Origin: an uncultured virus (IMG/VR IMGVR_UViG_3300036832_001426)
Taxonomy: Duplodnaviria > Heunggongvirae > Uroviricota > Caudoviricetes
Direction: 5' to 3' (one strand)
Length of the DNA: 64,000 nucleotides
Virus record (IMG/VR): IMGVR_UViG_3300036832_001426
The position numbers and the translations under genes were made by a program. Positions 19,705-29,436 of the stretch are shown here, piece by piece. The notes under the pieces were generated by a model. The model did not search any database and was not told the origin of the DNA. It was given only the letters and a program-made list of their open reading frames with translations. How positions within the stretch are numbered: the stretch's first letter is position 1; each line of letters begins with the position of its first letter.

Positions 19705-19860
19705 ATGACCAACCTAGTGCTGCTGGTGTTCGCGTTCGTGTTCTTCGTAATCGGCACCTTCTACTACCCGTATCCGCCCAACACTCCCTTGTGGGGCAGG
19801 TTCAACCCGGTCGCAGCAGGACTGGCGTTCTGGGTACTGACTTTAATTGTGCATCACTGA
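19705..19860 (+). CDS. 51-aa two-TM membrane protein (not in ORF track)
   Basis: AAGGAG RBS; MTNLVLLVFAFVFFVIGTF..FNPVAAGLAFWVLTLIVHH. Confidence 0.7.
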   Translation: MTNLVLLVFAFVFFVIGTFYYPYPPNTPLWGRFNPVAAGLAFWVLTLIVHH

Positions 19861-19884
19861 AAACTTCGATTCGAGGAGGTCGCT

Positions 19885-20109
19885 ATGGCAGTACAGGCAG
19901 TGAATACCTATGCGTTCTGTGTGAAGCGAATTTCGTACGCAGCGGCTGCAGGAGCGCAGAACGGACAGTACGAGGGCGAGCAAGTTTATGTCGTCGCCGT
20001 CGATCTTCCCAGCGCGAAGGCAACGCTCACCGCGCAGTACTCGACCGATCTCGGCATAGTCACGGGCGGAGCGGCGCTGGTGCCCGGCGCGATTACCCAA
20101 CTCGCCTGA
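19885..20109 (+). CDS. Small late protein, paralog 3 of 3
   Basis: GAGGAGG RBS; MAVQAVNTY..LTAQYSTDL. Confidence 0.7.
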   Translation: MAVQAVNTYAFCVKRISYAAAAGAQNGQYEGEQVYVVAVDLPSAKATLTAQYSTDLGIVTGGAALVPGAITQLA

Positions 20110-20120
20110 GGAGGTGCTCC

Positions 20121-20348
20121 ATGGCGATTCTCTCTGAGTCCGCCAAGAAAGCGGTGCCGAAGTCAGAACGCGGTGTGCCCGGCAAATCCGGCACGGGCAG
20201 TTATCCCATGCCGAATGCGCGTCACGCGGCGGCAGCTGTCGGCCTCGCCGCGATGCACCATGGGCCCGCGTTCGCCGCGAAGATCCGCGCCAAGGCCCAC
20301 AGGCTCGGCTACGGCGGCGGAAAGAAAAATCCGCTCTACGGAGGCTAG
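20121..20348 (+). CDS. Small basic protein ending KKNPLYGG
   Basis: GAGGAGG RBS; YPMPNARHAAAA motif. Confidence 0.75.
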   Translation: MAILSESAKKAVPKSERGVPGKSGTGSYPMPNARHAAAAVGLAAMHHGPAFAAKIRAKAHRLGYGGGKKNPLYGG

Positions 20349-20350
20349 CG

Positions 20351-20980
20351 ATGGCATGGAAGAACCGCGATCACATGATGGCTGGCGTACGCGCTGCACA
20401 CGCTTCGCCCTCGACTCCGGCACACCTTCGTCCGCATCTTGCTCGTCGGCTTCAAGGAGGCAACAACATGAATCAAATCCCACCTCGCAAAACCGTCGTC
20501 GGCACGCTCGGGCGTGCGCCGATCAAAACCATCGCACGGCGTCCCGGCACGACTCCCATGAAAACACTTGTGGGCCCGACTGCGCGGCCCCCAATCAAGA
20601 CGATGGTGGGTCGCACAGCTGCGCCTCCGCCGAAGGTGATCGCGCCGCCACTGGGAGCGCCGCCGCGTAAGACCACGCCGGGCAATCTGGGCGTCGGCGG
20701 GATCCAGCCGCTGGGCACGGGCTTTGATGTCGGGCCCAACGCCGCCATAAATCCGAACCGCTTCGCGGCGCGCATGGGAAACAGCGATGGCAACTTGGGC
20801 CGCAGTGCTGCACCGATGCCGCGCCCAGCCGGAGGGCCACCGAATCCCGTGCTTGAGAACACTGCCTCGTCTGGCGATGACCAGATCGTCGGTGGTGGCA
20901 TGGGGCCGACGGCGAAAACGATGGGACGCGCTCCGGGCCGTGGGCGCTCGCGTCGACCGAACATGTTTTACGGCGGTTGA
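20351..20980 (+). CDS. Basic Pro/Gly-rich disordered protein ending RPNMFYGG
   Basis: GGAGG RBS; repeated P[IM]KT[VILM] units. Confidence 0.7.
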   Translation: MAWKNRDHMMAGVRAAHASPSTPAHLRPHLARRLQGGNNMNQIPPRKTVVGTLGRAPIKTIARRPGTTPMKTLVGPTARPPIKTMVGRTAAPPPKVIAPPLGAPPRKTTPGNLGVGGIQPLGTGFDVGPNAAINPNRFAARMGNSDGNLGRSAAPMPRPAGGPPNPVLENTASSGDDQIVGGGMGPTAKTMGRAPGRGRSRRPNMFYGG

Positions 20981-20983
20981 GTC

Positions 20984-21184
20984 ATGCCTTCAACCAGCAC
21001 CGCTCAAAGACGTGCGATGGCGATTGCCGAGCACCATCCTGATCAGTTGTACGGACGCAATCAGGGGCTGCTTCAGATGTCGCAGTCGCAGCTGCATGAT
21101 TTTGCCTCGACCAAAGAAAAGGGGCTTCCGCACTACGTGAAGAAGCCGAAGGCGAAGCGCAACAAGCAGTTCTATGGCGGATGA
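20984..21184 (+). CDS. DUF3008-like small basic protein ending RNKQFYGG
   Basis: MPSTSTAQRRAM..MSQSQLHDFASTKEKGLP. Confidence 0.75.
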   Translation: MPSTSTAQRRAMAIAEHHPDQLYGRNQGLLQMSQSQLHDFASTKEKGLPHYVKKPKAKRNKQFYGG

Positions 21185-21395
21185 GCGCGTCACGGCAAAA
21201 TCGGTCGACTACATGGAATTGCAGGGGGCACGCAAGGATGCCGACTGCGATCACGTCGCGGTGAAGGGCGGAGTCAGTTCGCGGCTGGGTTGCTGCAATG
21301 ACTTCCGCCTCGATCCCGACGAGGCGCGGGAGTTTCGCTGCGGCACCTGTCAGCACCTCGTCGAGAGCAAGGGCAACAATTTTTATGGCGGATGA
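21174..21395 (+). CDS. Cys-rich small protein ending KGNNFYGG
   Basis: C..GCCN..CGTC; overlaps both neighbours. Confidence 0.7.
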   Translation: MADERVTAKSVDYMELQGARKDADCDHVAVKGGVSSRLGCCNDFRLDPDEAREFRCGTCQHLVESKGNNFYGG

Positions 21396-22434
21396 TCTGG
21401 TCGCACATCCTTACACCGGGATGACCTCATGGAAAAACCAGCACGGGATCACCATCCTCCGGCTGCACTACAGTGCTGACGAAGAGAAGGGCGGGGGCGC
21501 GACCACCTACGTGCCGGAGATCAACAAGCATCTCTCGCCGTGGGCGCTCAATGCTTACGGTCGGATGACCGATCCCACGCTCTACCTGAAAGAGTATGAG
21601 ATCGACGCCGAGGCCACGCTCGGTGCGCTGCTGTTCCAGTTCAATGAGGCGATCTCGGTCGAGAAGCTGCGCGAAATCCCGCCGGAGTGGACGCGGCGCA
21701 TGTCGGTCGATCCGCATCCCGGCATCCCGCACGCTTTTCTCTGGTCCGCGACCGATCCATGGGGAGATCGCTGGTACTACCGCGAGCTGTGGCCGTCGAA
21801 AGTTTGTTACGAGTGGAAGGGTGGGTTGCTGCATGGCAGGCCGGGCCCCTGTCCGCAGGACGAGCGCGGCCCCAACATCCGCGAGTACGTGCAGGCGATC
21901 AAGTATCTGGAATCGGGCGACAACCCGGAGAACCGATTGAACGGGCGCATCTTCGAAGAAGAAATCTTCGCTCGCGTAATCGACTACGCGGCCCGCGCTT
22001 TCGGCAAGGGGACCAACGACGATCAGGCGCAGGAAAATTATCAGCAGCGCTACGAGAAGCACCTGCTCGATCTCGGAGTGGGCCGCCCGTTCTTTGATGA
22101 CGCGAAAAAAGACCGACAGGTCGGCGTCGAGCTGGTGAACGAAGGCTTCAAGCTCATCGAGCGCATGGGCAACAACGGCGAGTATTACAAGACCAGCCGC
22201 ATCCACATCATCGGCGAGCGCTGCCCTGAATTGGTTCACGAACTGAAAACCAACCGCCGCCAGATGCTCTCGCCGCTGCAGGTCGAGCGGCAGGATCCCA
22301 CGGGAAAGCCCGTGAAGGTCCGCACCCACATGACCGACAACCTGCGCTACATCGAGATGTCGAACCCGATCTTCATCGAGCACCAATCAGAGGGCTACGG
22401 CTTCACACCAGTGGCTCGGGGATTTTCCTACTGA
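21385..22434 (+). CDS. terL: Terminase large subunit, RNase H-fold nuclease half
   Basis: LRLHYSAD, KEYEID, MSVDPHP (catalytic Asp), YYREL, CPELVHEL, HMTDNLRY; directly upstream of portal. Confidence 0.85.
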   Translation: MADDLVAHPYTGMTSWKNQHGITILRLHYSADEEKGGGATTYVPEINKHLSPWALNAYGRMTDPTLYLKEYEIDAEATLGALLFQFNEAISVEKLREIPPEWTRRMSVDPHPGIPHAFLWSATDPWGDRWYYRELWPSKVCYEWKGGLLHGRPGPCPQDERGPNIREYVQAIKYLESGDNPENRLNGRIFEEEIFARVIDYAARAFGKGTNDDQAQENYQQRYEKHLLDLGVGRPFFDDAKKDRQVGVELVNEGFKLIERMGNNGEYYKTSRIHIIGERCPELVHELKTNRRQMLSPLQVERQDPTGKPVKVRTHMTDNLRYIEMSNPIFIEHQSEGYGFTPVARGFSY

Positions 22435-25187
22435 TGCCCGCCAATATTCTTCCGAGACCTGAACTCGCGAACGAGCACAGCATCGTCACCCACATCATCG
22501 AGCGGCGCAACGAGAGCCGCAAGTGGATGCGGAAGAACATGCACGATGAGATGACGGAAGTGTGGCGCGCCATCAAGGTTCGCACCGCTCCCATCTTCAA
22601 GAAGGATCGCGCCGGAGTCGACACCCAGCATGAGGACAAATCGCGCACCAACGTCGCGATGCCCGACCTGAATATCATCTACCGCCGCAACGCGGCACGC
22701 ATGACGGCGAATCCCTATCGGCTGGAGTACACCGGAGGCGATCCGCAGGTCGCCGATATGCTCTCGGGGCTTTCCATGCAGCAGTTCGCCCGCTCCAATG
22801 AAGCTTTCCACGACGTGCGCTGCGTGCTGGCGTCAGAAGCCTTCGGCTGGGGCTATACCAAGCTGTTCTGGGATCGTCTGGTGCGGACGATGAAATTCCG
22901 CAAAGCGATCATGAAGGGCGAGAAGGTCGTGTTCCGCGACCGCGCCGCCATCATGCGCTATCAGGGCGCAGACGAGAACGAGATCGAGGGCGCAGTCAAG
23001 CAGCTCGGCAATGACGTAAACGACAACGAGATCATGGACTTCATGGCGAAGTCAGGCACCGAGATCTCCGTGCCGACCGAGCTGAAGCAGTACGAGGGCC
23101 CGATAGTGAAGTGGATCTTCAACGGCGATCTCTTCATCGAGCCCAACTGCGCGACGCTGGAAAGATCGAGCTTCGCCATCGAGCAGTTCACCGAGAACGA
23201 TCTCTGGATCGAGAAGATGTCGAAGCTCACCTACGAGGATCCCGACACCGGGCAGCTGCACTATGCCTTCGATCCCGATGCGCTGCAGGAACTGCTCGAC
23301 ACGGGCGGCGACGTCGACCAGCGCGAGAACGAGCCGGGTGATGATCTGCGCGACATGTTCAACGCGGCGATTGGCCGCGAGCGTGAGCAGGAATACTACC
23401 TGCCGAAGAACCTGCGCCCGCGCAAAAAGTTCAACCTGCTGGAGCAGCACTCGCAGGATGCCGAGGACGGAAAGTTCTACGTCTCATGGTGCTCGGAGCG
23501 CTATCGCGACAAGCTGCTCGGGCGCATGCCGTATCAGCACGATCTCTACGGCAAGTATTACTACACCGACATGACGCCGCTGCCCGATCTCATCGCCAGC
23601 TTCGGCGACTCGACGCCGCGCCTGCTGCGTCATCTCTACACCATGCACAACCTCACGGTCGCGCAAAACTTCGACTACATCACGAACCTGCTGAAGCCTT
23701 TCCTGCTGCGCCGCATGGGCGTCAACATCGAGCCCGAGGTGATCGTGCGGGGGCTCTTCCGCGAACTGCAGGTCGCGGATCTGAACGGCGTGAAGCCGCT
23801 GCAGGAGCCCCCACTGCCGAACGGAGCGTTCGAGCGCGAAGCGCAGATCATGCGAATGATGTCGATGGCCGAGCCTTCACTCACCTCGACCGAATCCGGC
23901 ACCTCAGCCAATCCGCAGGCAGGCAAGACCGCCACCACCGCACTGCTCGCTTCGAAGGCTGCCGACGCTCTCACGCAATTCAAGTTCGATGGGCGCAACC
24001 GCTACCTGCGCGAGCTGGGGATGAAGAAGCTCTGGATGAATCAGCAGGGGCGCGAGCAGAGCCAGCGCTGGGAGATCGAAGCCAGATATTGGAACACCAA
24101 CACGCGCAAGCGCGTCGAGTCCATCATCGAGGGACAGACTCCAGAGTGGGCGCTGCGCAGTGGTAGCGAAAAAGTTTATGCCGTGCAGCTCGACCCGATG
24201 GAGATCCAAGAAAACTTTGAAGTCGAGCCCGAAGCGGGATCGTACCTCGCGGTCGACGATGAGCTGCGTCAGCAGGCCGCAGAGAAGCTCACGCAGACTG
24301 CGATGGCGAATCCCGATATCGTCGACCGCCAGAAAGTAATTCGCTTCCAGATGTCAACGATCAAGGGCATCGGCGATCCTGATGCGTATCTCCTGCCGCC
24401 CAGCCCGCCGCAGCCACCGCCGCCGAAGGTCAACGTCAACATTCAGGTGCCCATCGACAAGGTGCCGGGCGATGTAGTGAACCAGCTGCTGCCGCTGATT
24501 GGCCTGCAGCCTTCGCCGACGCTCGAACACAAGGACATGGCCGACGCGATGCAGAGAACTGCTGACTCCGGGCAGGCGCTGGGCGAGGCCGCCGATTCGC
24601 TGACCAGCCCGGGTGAGAGCGACCAGCAAGAGCACGAAATGGGCGCGGATCACGCGATGCAGGTCACGCAGATGGCGCATGAGCGGCACATACAGGACCG
24701 AGAGCACGCCCACGCCGCCAACCTGCAAGACGATCAGCACCTCACCGACGCCGTGATGGCGGGCGCGGATCAGGCGCACTCCATGCGTTCCGAGGCGCAG
24801 AAGCATGAGCAGGCGCTCGCTGAAGCCGCGCAGACTCACGGCCACAATCTGCGCGAGGCCGAACAAACTCATGCCCACGCGATGCGGCAGGGCGCACAGG
24901 CGCAGGCTTCGCAGGCGCTGACCAAGAGTGCAGACATCGCCTCGCGAGAGCGCCAGCAGGGTGCCGGGCTGAAATCACAGGAGCGCATCGCCAGCCAGCG
25001 CAACAAGTCGAACGGAAAACCGAACGGCAAGCCGAATGGCGGAGCGAAGCCGGAGCCGAAGGAGCCCATGGTCGTCCATCTGAAGATCGATCACGGCACC
25101 GAGGGTGGCCCACGCAAAAAGAAAACCATCAAGCTGATCCGGGGCGAGGACGGCTCGACCACGGGCGCTGAGATCAACGAAGAATGA
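22434..25187 (+). CDS. Portal protein with long His/Gln/Ala-rich C-terminal extension
   Basis: Position after terL; size; P22-like features (FGWGYTKLFWD, KTATTA, FEVEPEAGS). Confidence 0.8.
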   Translation: MPANILPRPELANEHSIVTHIIERRNESRKWMRKNMHDEMTEVWRAIKVRTAPIFKKDRAGVDTQHEDKSRTNVAMPDLNIIYRRNAARMTANPYRLEYTGGDPQVADMLSGLSMQQFARSNEAFHDVRCVLASEAFGWGYTKLFWDRLVRTMKFRKAIMKGEKVVFRDRAAIMRYQGADENEIEGAVKQLGNDVNDNEIMDFMAKSGTEISVPTELKQYEGPIVKWIFNGDLFIEPNCATLERSSFAIEQFTENDLWIEKMSKLTYEDPDTGQLHYAFDPDALQELLDTGGDVDQRENEPGDDLRDMFNAAIGREREQEYYLPKNLRPRKKFNLLEQHSQDAEDGKFYVSWCSERYRDKLLGRMPYQHDLYGKYYYTDMTPLPDLIASFGDSTPRLLRHLYTMHNLTVAQNFDYITNLLKPFLLRRMGVNIEPEVIVRGLFRELQVADLNGVKPLQEPPLPNGAFEREAQIMRMMSMAEPSLTSTESGTSANPQAGKTATTALLASKAADALTQFKFDGRNRYLRELGMKKLWMNQQGREQSQRWEIEARYWNTNTRKRVESIIEGQTPEWALRSGSEKVYAVQLDPMEIQENFEVEPEAGSYLAVDDELRQQAAEKLTQTAMANPDIVDRQKVIRFQMSTIKGIGDPDAYLLPPSPPQPPPPKVNVNIQVPIDKVPGDVVNQLLPLIGLQPSPTLEHKDMADAMQRTADSGQALGEAADSLTSPGESDQQEHEMGADHAMQVTQMAHERHIQDREHAHAANLQDDQHLTDAVMAGADQAHSMRSEAQKHEQALAEAAQTHGHNLREAEQTHAHAMRQGAQAQASQALTKSADIASRERQQGAGLKSQERIASQRNKSNGKPNGKPNGGAKPEPKEPMVVHLKIDHGTEGGPRKKKTIKLIRGEDGSTTGAEINEE

Positions 25188-25597
25188 TCGCCTCAGGGAT
25201 TGCAACCAGCTACAAGCGGGAGATTCTCGACGGCATCCACGATGCTGGTGACGAATACATGATCGCTCTCTTCAGCCGCGATGCGGACATCGGGCCGGAC
25301 ACCAAGAGCTACGCCGGGCAGGACGGCGAAGTGCGCGGCGCTGGCTATGTGGAGGGCGGGCAGCTGCTTAAAGGGCGCTCCTCAGGGACAGCGGGCACGA
25401 CAGCCTACGTGACATTTTCAAACCCGCGCTGGTCTGGCGCATCGTTCAGTGCTCGCGGTGCGCTGATCTACAACGCGAGCAAGGCAGACCGCGCAGTCGC
25501 GGTGATCAACTTCGGGCAAGACTTCACCTGCACCAGCGGCGAGTTCGCCGTCAGCCTTCCGGCTGCAGGCAAGGACGCAATCGTGGTGGTGGCATAA
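25184..25597 (+). CDS. Virion structural protein
   Basis: SYKREILDGIH..IALF..EVRGAGY..ARGALIYN pattern seen in phage structural proteins. Confidence 0.65.
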   Translation: MIASGIATSYKREILDGIHDAGDEYMIALFSRDADIGPDTKSYAGQDGEVRGAGYVEGGQLLKGRSSGTAGTTAYVTFSNPRWSGASFSARGALIYNASKADRAVAVINFGQDFTCTSGEFAVSLPAAGKDAIVVVA

Positions 25598-26914
25598 ATG
25601 GGCGTCTATACCCCGGTTCGACATTTGTACAAGCCAGCGGACGGAGAGACAGGCTGGGGCGGTCTGGTCGATGCGAACTGGGATGACCTCGACACCGTCG
25701 CAGATAAAACCTACGTCGATACGCACGACACGGCCACGCTGGCGAGCGCCGAAGCTTACACCGACGCGCAGATCGCGGCTCTGCCGCCTGCAGGTGTCAC
25801 TTCCGTCTTCACGCGCTCGGGCGCTGTGGTGGCTGAGGCCATGGACTATGCGGCGGTCGACAACTTGGAGCTGGGCGACAACTCTAGCAGCTCCATCCTG
25901 TTCGACTCTGGCCTCAACACTATCGAAGTTCAGGCCGGAGGTGGCACCGGACCAGTCAATGTAGCTGCTTCGCTGGTGGACCTGTCGACCAGCGTGACCG
26001 AGGTCGATGTCCCGACGCCCATCACAGCTGACAACTCACACAAGGCTGCGTCTACCGCCTTCGTGAAAGCGCAGGGCTACCTGACGGCTGCGCCCGTGAC
26101 ATCTGTGGCGGGGAAAACGGGAGCAGTTGTTCTCGTCGAAGCTGACATCACGAATCTGACTACAGACCTTGCGGCGAAGGAAGCGACTGCGAACAAGGAC
26201 GCGGCGAACGGTTACGCAGGCCTCGATGCTGGTGGAAAGCTGAAGACCGCCGAAGCTCCGACGTGGAATCAGAGCACGACCGGGAGCGCAGCCAGCCTGA
26301 GCGCTGCCTCTGCGCTGCCGAATGGAACGACGGGGACCACGCAGGCAGCGGGCGACAACAGCACGAAGCTGGCTACGACCGCCTACGCAGATGCGGAAGT
26401 TGCCACGTTCACCGGAACAAGCAACGCGGTGTTTTACGGGTTTACGGTGTACCGCCCTGCTACCCCAGATACGATTGCAACAGGCCCAGAGTGCGCTCCC
26501 AACGTCGTCTACTGCTTCCCTTTCATTCTGCCATTCAAGTTCACCGTCAGGTCCATAGTCACGAAGATGGCCGCTGCGCTAGTAGGCACTTACGACGCAG
26601 GCCTATTTGACGCATCCGGTAACAACGTGGTGAGTCTTGGGGGGCTGAGCACCAACACGGTTGCGCCCACCACGACCCCGGTTTCCGCCGCCACTTTGCC
26701 CCCCGGCCTCTACTACCTGTGCTTGTGTGCTTCGGTGGCCAACGTCAATTTTTTCGGCATCTCCAACGGAATCAGCGGCACGTTGAATTTCTCGACGTAC
26801 TACACGGCTGCGAACCCGGCAATCAGCGGCGTTCTCCCCAGCACGCTAGGCGCGCTCACGGCGCAGAACAATACGAGCGTGTACCCACTTTTGGCGGTGT
26901 TCAGGAATAGCTGA
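25598..26914 (+). CDS. Tail fibre-like protein
   Basis: VTSVFTRSGAV / VTSVAGKTGAV repeats; DNSTKLATTAY; NGYAGLDAGGK. Confidence 0.75.
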   Translation: MGVYTPVRHLYKPADGETGWGGLVDANWDDLDTVADKTYVDTHDTATLASAEAYTDAQIAALPPAGVTSVFTRSGAVVAEAMDYAAVDNLELGDNSSSSILFDSGLNTIEVQAGGGTGPVNVAASLVDLSTSVTEVDVPTPITADNSHKAASTAFVKAQGYLTAAPVTSVAGKTGAVVLVEADITNLTTDLAAKEATANKDAANGYAGLDAGGKLKTAEAPTWNQSTTGSAASLSAASALPNGTTGTTQAAGDNSTKLATTAYADAEVATFTGTSNAVFYGFTVYRPATPDTIATGPECAPNVVYCFPFILPFKFTVRSIVTKMAAALVGTYDAGLFDASGNNVVSLGGLSTNTVAPTTTPVSAATLPPGLYYLCLCASVANVNFFGISNGISGTLNFSTYYTAANPAISGVLPSTLGALTAQNNTSVYPLLAVFRNS

Positions 26915-26923
26915 GGGAATTTT

Positions 26924-27214
26924 ATGGGACTAGCGACAGGTTCTCTAAAGCTCAGTTTCATCGACACCGGAACTTTTATTGTCATGCCCCCTACAGCGGA
27001 TGTGCTGGGAACCCTGACCGCGCCCAGCGCGATCTCCACTGCAGCGAGCAAGGTCTATGCGGTGCCTTACATCAACACGCCGACAGTGATTCTCATCCCC
27101 ACCACGAATTGCGGGGGCTTCTATCTGTCGGCATCGAGCAACACGGGTTTCACCGTCACCTTCACCACTGCGGGAACGCACAAGTTCTCTTATCTGGTGA
27201 TCAGTAACGACTGA
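26924..27214 (+). CDS. Small beta-rich virion protein
   Basis: SNTGFTVTF..FSYLVI fibre-tip-like C-terminus. Confidence 0.6.
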   Translation: MGLATGSLKLSFIDTGTFIVMPPTADVLGTLTAPSAISTAASKVYAVPYINTPTVILIPTTNCGGFYLSASSNTGFTVTFTTAGTHKFSYLVISND

Positions 27215-27222
27215 AGGGAAAT

Positions 27223-27753
27223 GTGGCATGCGGAAATGGCTGGGGTCAGAGTCCGTGGGGCCTTTCGCCGTGGGGCACGGGACAGGGCTGGGGTACGGGA
27301 CCGTGGGGCGGCTCGCCATGGGGCGGTTGCTACGTCACAGCGCAGCCGCAGCCACCGCAGCAGACAGCAGGCTGGGAGCGGGTCTCCCGCTATTGGGAAG
27401 AACCGCGCCGCGAGCGGATTATCCGCAATGTCCTGTTCGCGGTCGAGGGCCTGCGTGCGCGGGTGCGCTGCGGCAAGCTGCAGATTCTCGCAGGGCGAGG
27501 CGCATGGCTCAAGCTGCGAGCGCGCCGGGCGCATTGCGAACTGGGTCTCGTCGAGGTTCACGCCGACAGTGCGCTGATCGCGGATTCATTGCCCGCGATC
27601 CTGTGCGAATGCGGAGAGGTGAAAGTTAATGCGAACGCCGCCATCAATGTTTTCCCTGAGCGCTCAAGCATGGCGAGCGGCAGCGTGAGCGTGCGTGCGA
27701 TTCGCAACCCGACTGACGAGGAACTTCTGATGATGCTCGCGGAGATCGCATGA
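27223..27753 (+). CDS. Hypothetical protein with N-terminal WG repeats
   Basis: GWGQSPWGLSPWGTGQGWGTGPWGGSPWGG. Confidence 0.6.
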   Translation: MACGNGWGQSPWGLSPWGTGQGWGTGPWGGSPWGGCYVTAQPQPPQQTAGWERVSRYWEEPRRERIIRNVLFAVEGLRARVRCGKLQILAGRGAWLKLRARRAHCELGLVEVHADSALIADSLPAILCECGEVKVNANAAINVFPERSSMASGSVSVRAIRNPTDEELLMMLAEIA

Positions 27754-28025
27754 TCGACCTTACGCAGATGGAGCAGGGCGCTCTGGAAAATTTCCTTAGT
27801 GCACCGGGGCCGCTTAAAAGCGGCCTCGAAAAGTTTACGGCGCATCTCGCGCAGGAACACAACGCGATGTGCGCAGGAGCGATGGGGACGGTGCCACGCA
27901 ATCCCGAGCTGGCTGCCGATCATGCCGCCAAGGCGCAGCTGCTCACTGAATTCTGGGTGACGCTCGCGGACGTGCTCACGCAATCGCACGTCGCGGAGGC
28001 GACCGCGCCCGTTGAGAGTTTGTAG
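27750..28025 (+). CDS. Hypothetical protein
   Basis: GGAG RBS; ATGA overlap. Confidence 0.65.
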   Translation: MIDLTQMEQGALENFLSAPGPLKSGLEKFTAHLAQEHNAMCAGAMGTVPRNPELAADHAAKAQLLTEFWVTLADVLTQSHVAEATAPVESL

Positions 28026-28067
28026 TGCCCCCGTGGGAGCCAACCCCGCGAGGTTTGGAGGTAGCAA

Positions 28068-29411
28068 ATGGCTGACGAATCAACGGCAGCGGTGAGCCAA
28101 CCATCGACTGCTGGAGACGAACAAGCAGCAGGAACGGTGATGCAGGACTATTCATCGTTCCTCGGCCCGCCTTCTGCTGAGGCCGATCTCTCTGAGGAAG
28201 AACGTTCCGCACCCGATTCAGAGGAAGAAGCCGAAGGCGAACCGGAGCCGCAGCAGCAACCGCAGCGGCCCGGTGAAGGAGAGCCGGAAGAAGAAGAGGA
28301 AGCGCCCGCGCAACAGGCAACGCAAGAAGCTGAAGAAGAGGCTGAACAGCCACCCTCCGTGGAGGAACGCCTTAAAGACCTCACTCAGCGCGAAGCCGAT
28401 GACTATGCCCGACGCTATCCCAACGCGTGGAAGGCGTTGCTGAATCCTCAAACGCCTGAGGACATGAAGCACCTTCTACTCGACAAGATCGATGGCGATC
28501 ACGAAATTCAACGCCGGATCGCCCAAGAACAGCAGGCGCTCGAAGAGGAGCCAACCCTCGAATACGAACAGGAGCAGCCTGAGCAGCAAGTGCAACCACA
28601 GGACGCCGCCGAACAACGCACGGCGTACTACAGCCAGATCGACAACATGGTGCAAGCCAGTTTCGATCCGCAGTTCGTCAAGGAATTTGGAGACTCACTG
28701 CTGCGCGCTTTCAACGTGAACATGAAAGCGCTCGACGACCCGAATGTGACGCCGGAAGACAAGGCGATCCTGAAGGGGCTCGCTGACAGTGCGCAGAAGG
28801 AAGCTCCAGTGATTGCCCGGTTCATGGTGGATGCAGTGTCGACCACGGTGCCTCAAATTCTGCGCCCGGTGCTGGAAGCTCAGATGCCGGGATTCGTGGA
28901 CATGTATGAGCGCCACATGTACGGCACGGCATGGGAAGGCATTCGTTCGCAGACCGACGAGCGCGGCCACCCTCTGTATCCGGGTCTCACGGCATGGCCT
29001 GCAATCTCCGGCACCTCCGAGGCGAGAGCCTTCGAGCAAAAGATGATGGAGGCAGCAGACCAGATTCCGGGCTTTGACGACATGGTCTTCCGAGACCAGC
29101 ACGGCAGAATCCTGCCACAGGCGCAGCAGGCGCAGTTGAAGTACACCCTGCTGGCGCGGCAGCTCTCCGGGCAGCGGATCAATCCGGCGGTGGTGGCACA
29201 AGCCGTTGAGACGGGGCGCAGACTCGAAAGCCGGGCGGGCACACGCCGTCAGGCTGCGCGAGTAACGGGAGCGGGACAGAGGACAGCCGGGCCTGCAGGC
29301 GGAGCGCAGGGTGAGGAAGACGACCCGATGATGGCCGCACTGGATCATGAGATCGCGAGACAGGAAGGCAACTATCGGCAGGTCGTCCGAGGCCGCACCA
29401 GCAGCCGCTGA
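28068..29411 (+). CDS. Capsid scaffolding protein
   Basis: Acidic, E/Q-rich, helical; immediately upstream of the capsid gene. Confidence 0.7.
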   Translation: MADESTAAVSQPSTAGDEQAAGTVMQDYSSFLGPPSAEADLSEEERSAPDSEEEAEGEPEPQQQPQRPGEGEPEEEEEAPAQQATQEAEEEAEQPPSVEERLKDLTQREADDYARRYPNAWKALLNPQTPEDMKHLLLDKIDGDHEIQRRIAQEQQALEEEPTLEYEQEQPEQQVQPQDAAEQRTAYYSQIDNMVQASFDPQFVKEFGDSLLRAFNVNMKALDDPNVTPEDKAILKGLADSAQKEAPVIARFMVDAVSTTVPQILRPVLEAQMPGFVDMYERHMYGTAWEGIRSQTDERGHPLYPGLTAWPAISGTSEARAFEQKMMEAADQIPGFDDMVFRDQHGRILPQAQQAQLKYTLLARQLSGQRINPAVVAQAVETGRRLESRAGTRRQAARVTGAGQRTAGPAGGAQGEEDDPMMAALDHEIARQEGNYRQVVRGRTSSR

Positions 29412-29436
29412 CAGGGGACGGCGGGAGGGTTAACCC

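Noticed and set aside
19310..21400. Split intein or self-splicing intron explaining the terL split
   Set aside because: HNECKR is not a valid intein junction, no intein blocks or intron/maturase/homing features are visible, and the gap is filled with ordinary RBS-bearing genes
27223..27330. WG repeats as Argonaute hooks
   Set aside because: No supporting context; more likely a structural low-complexity motif
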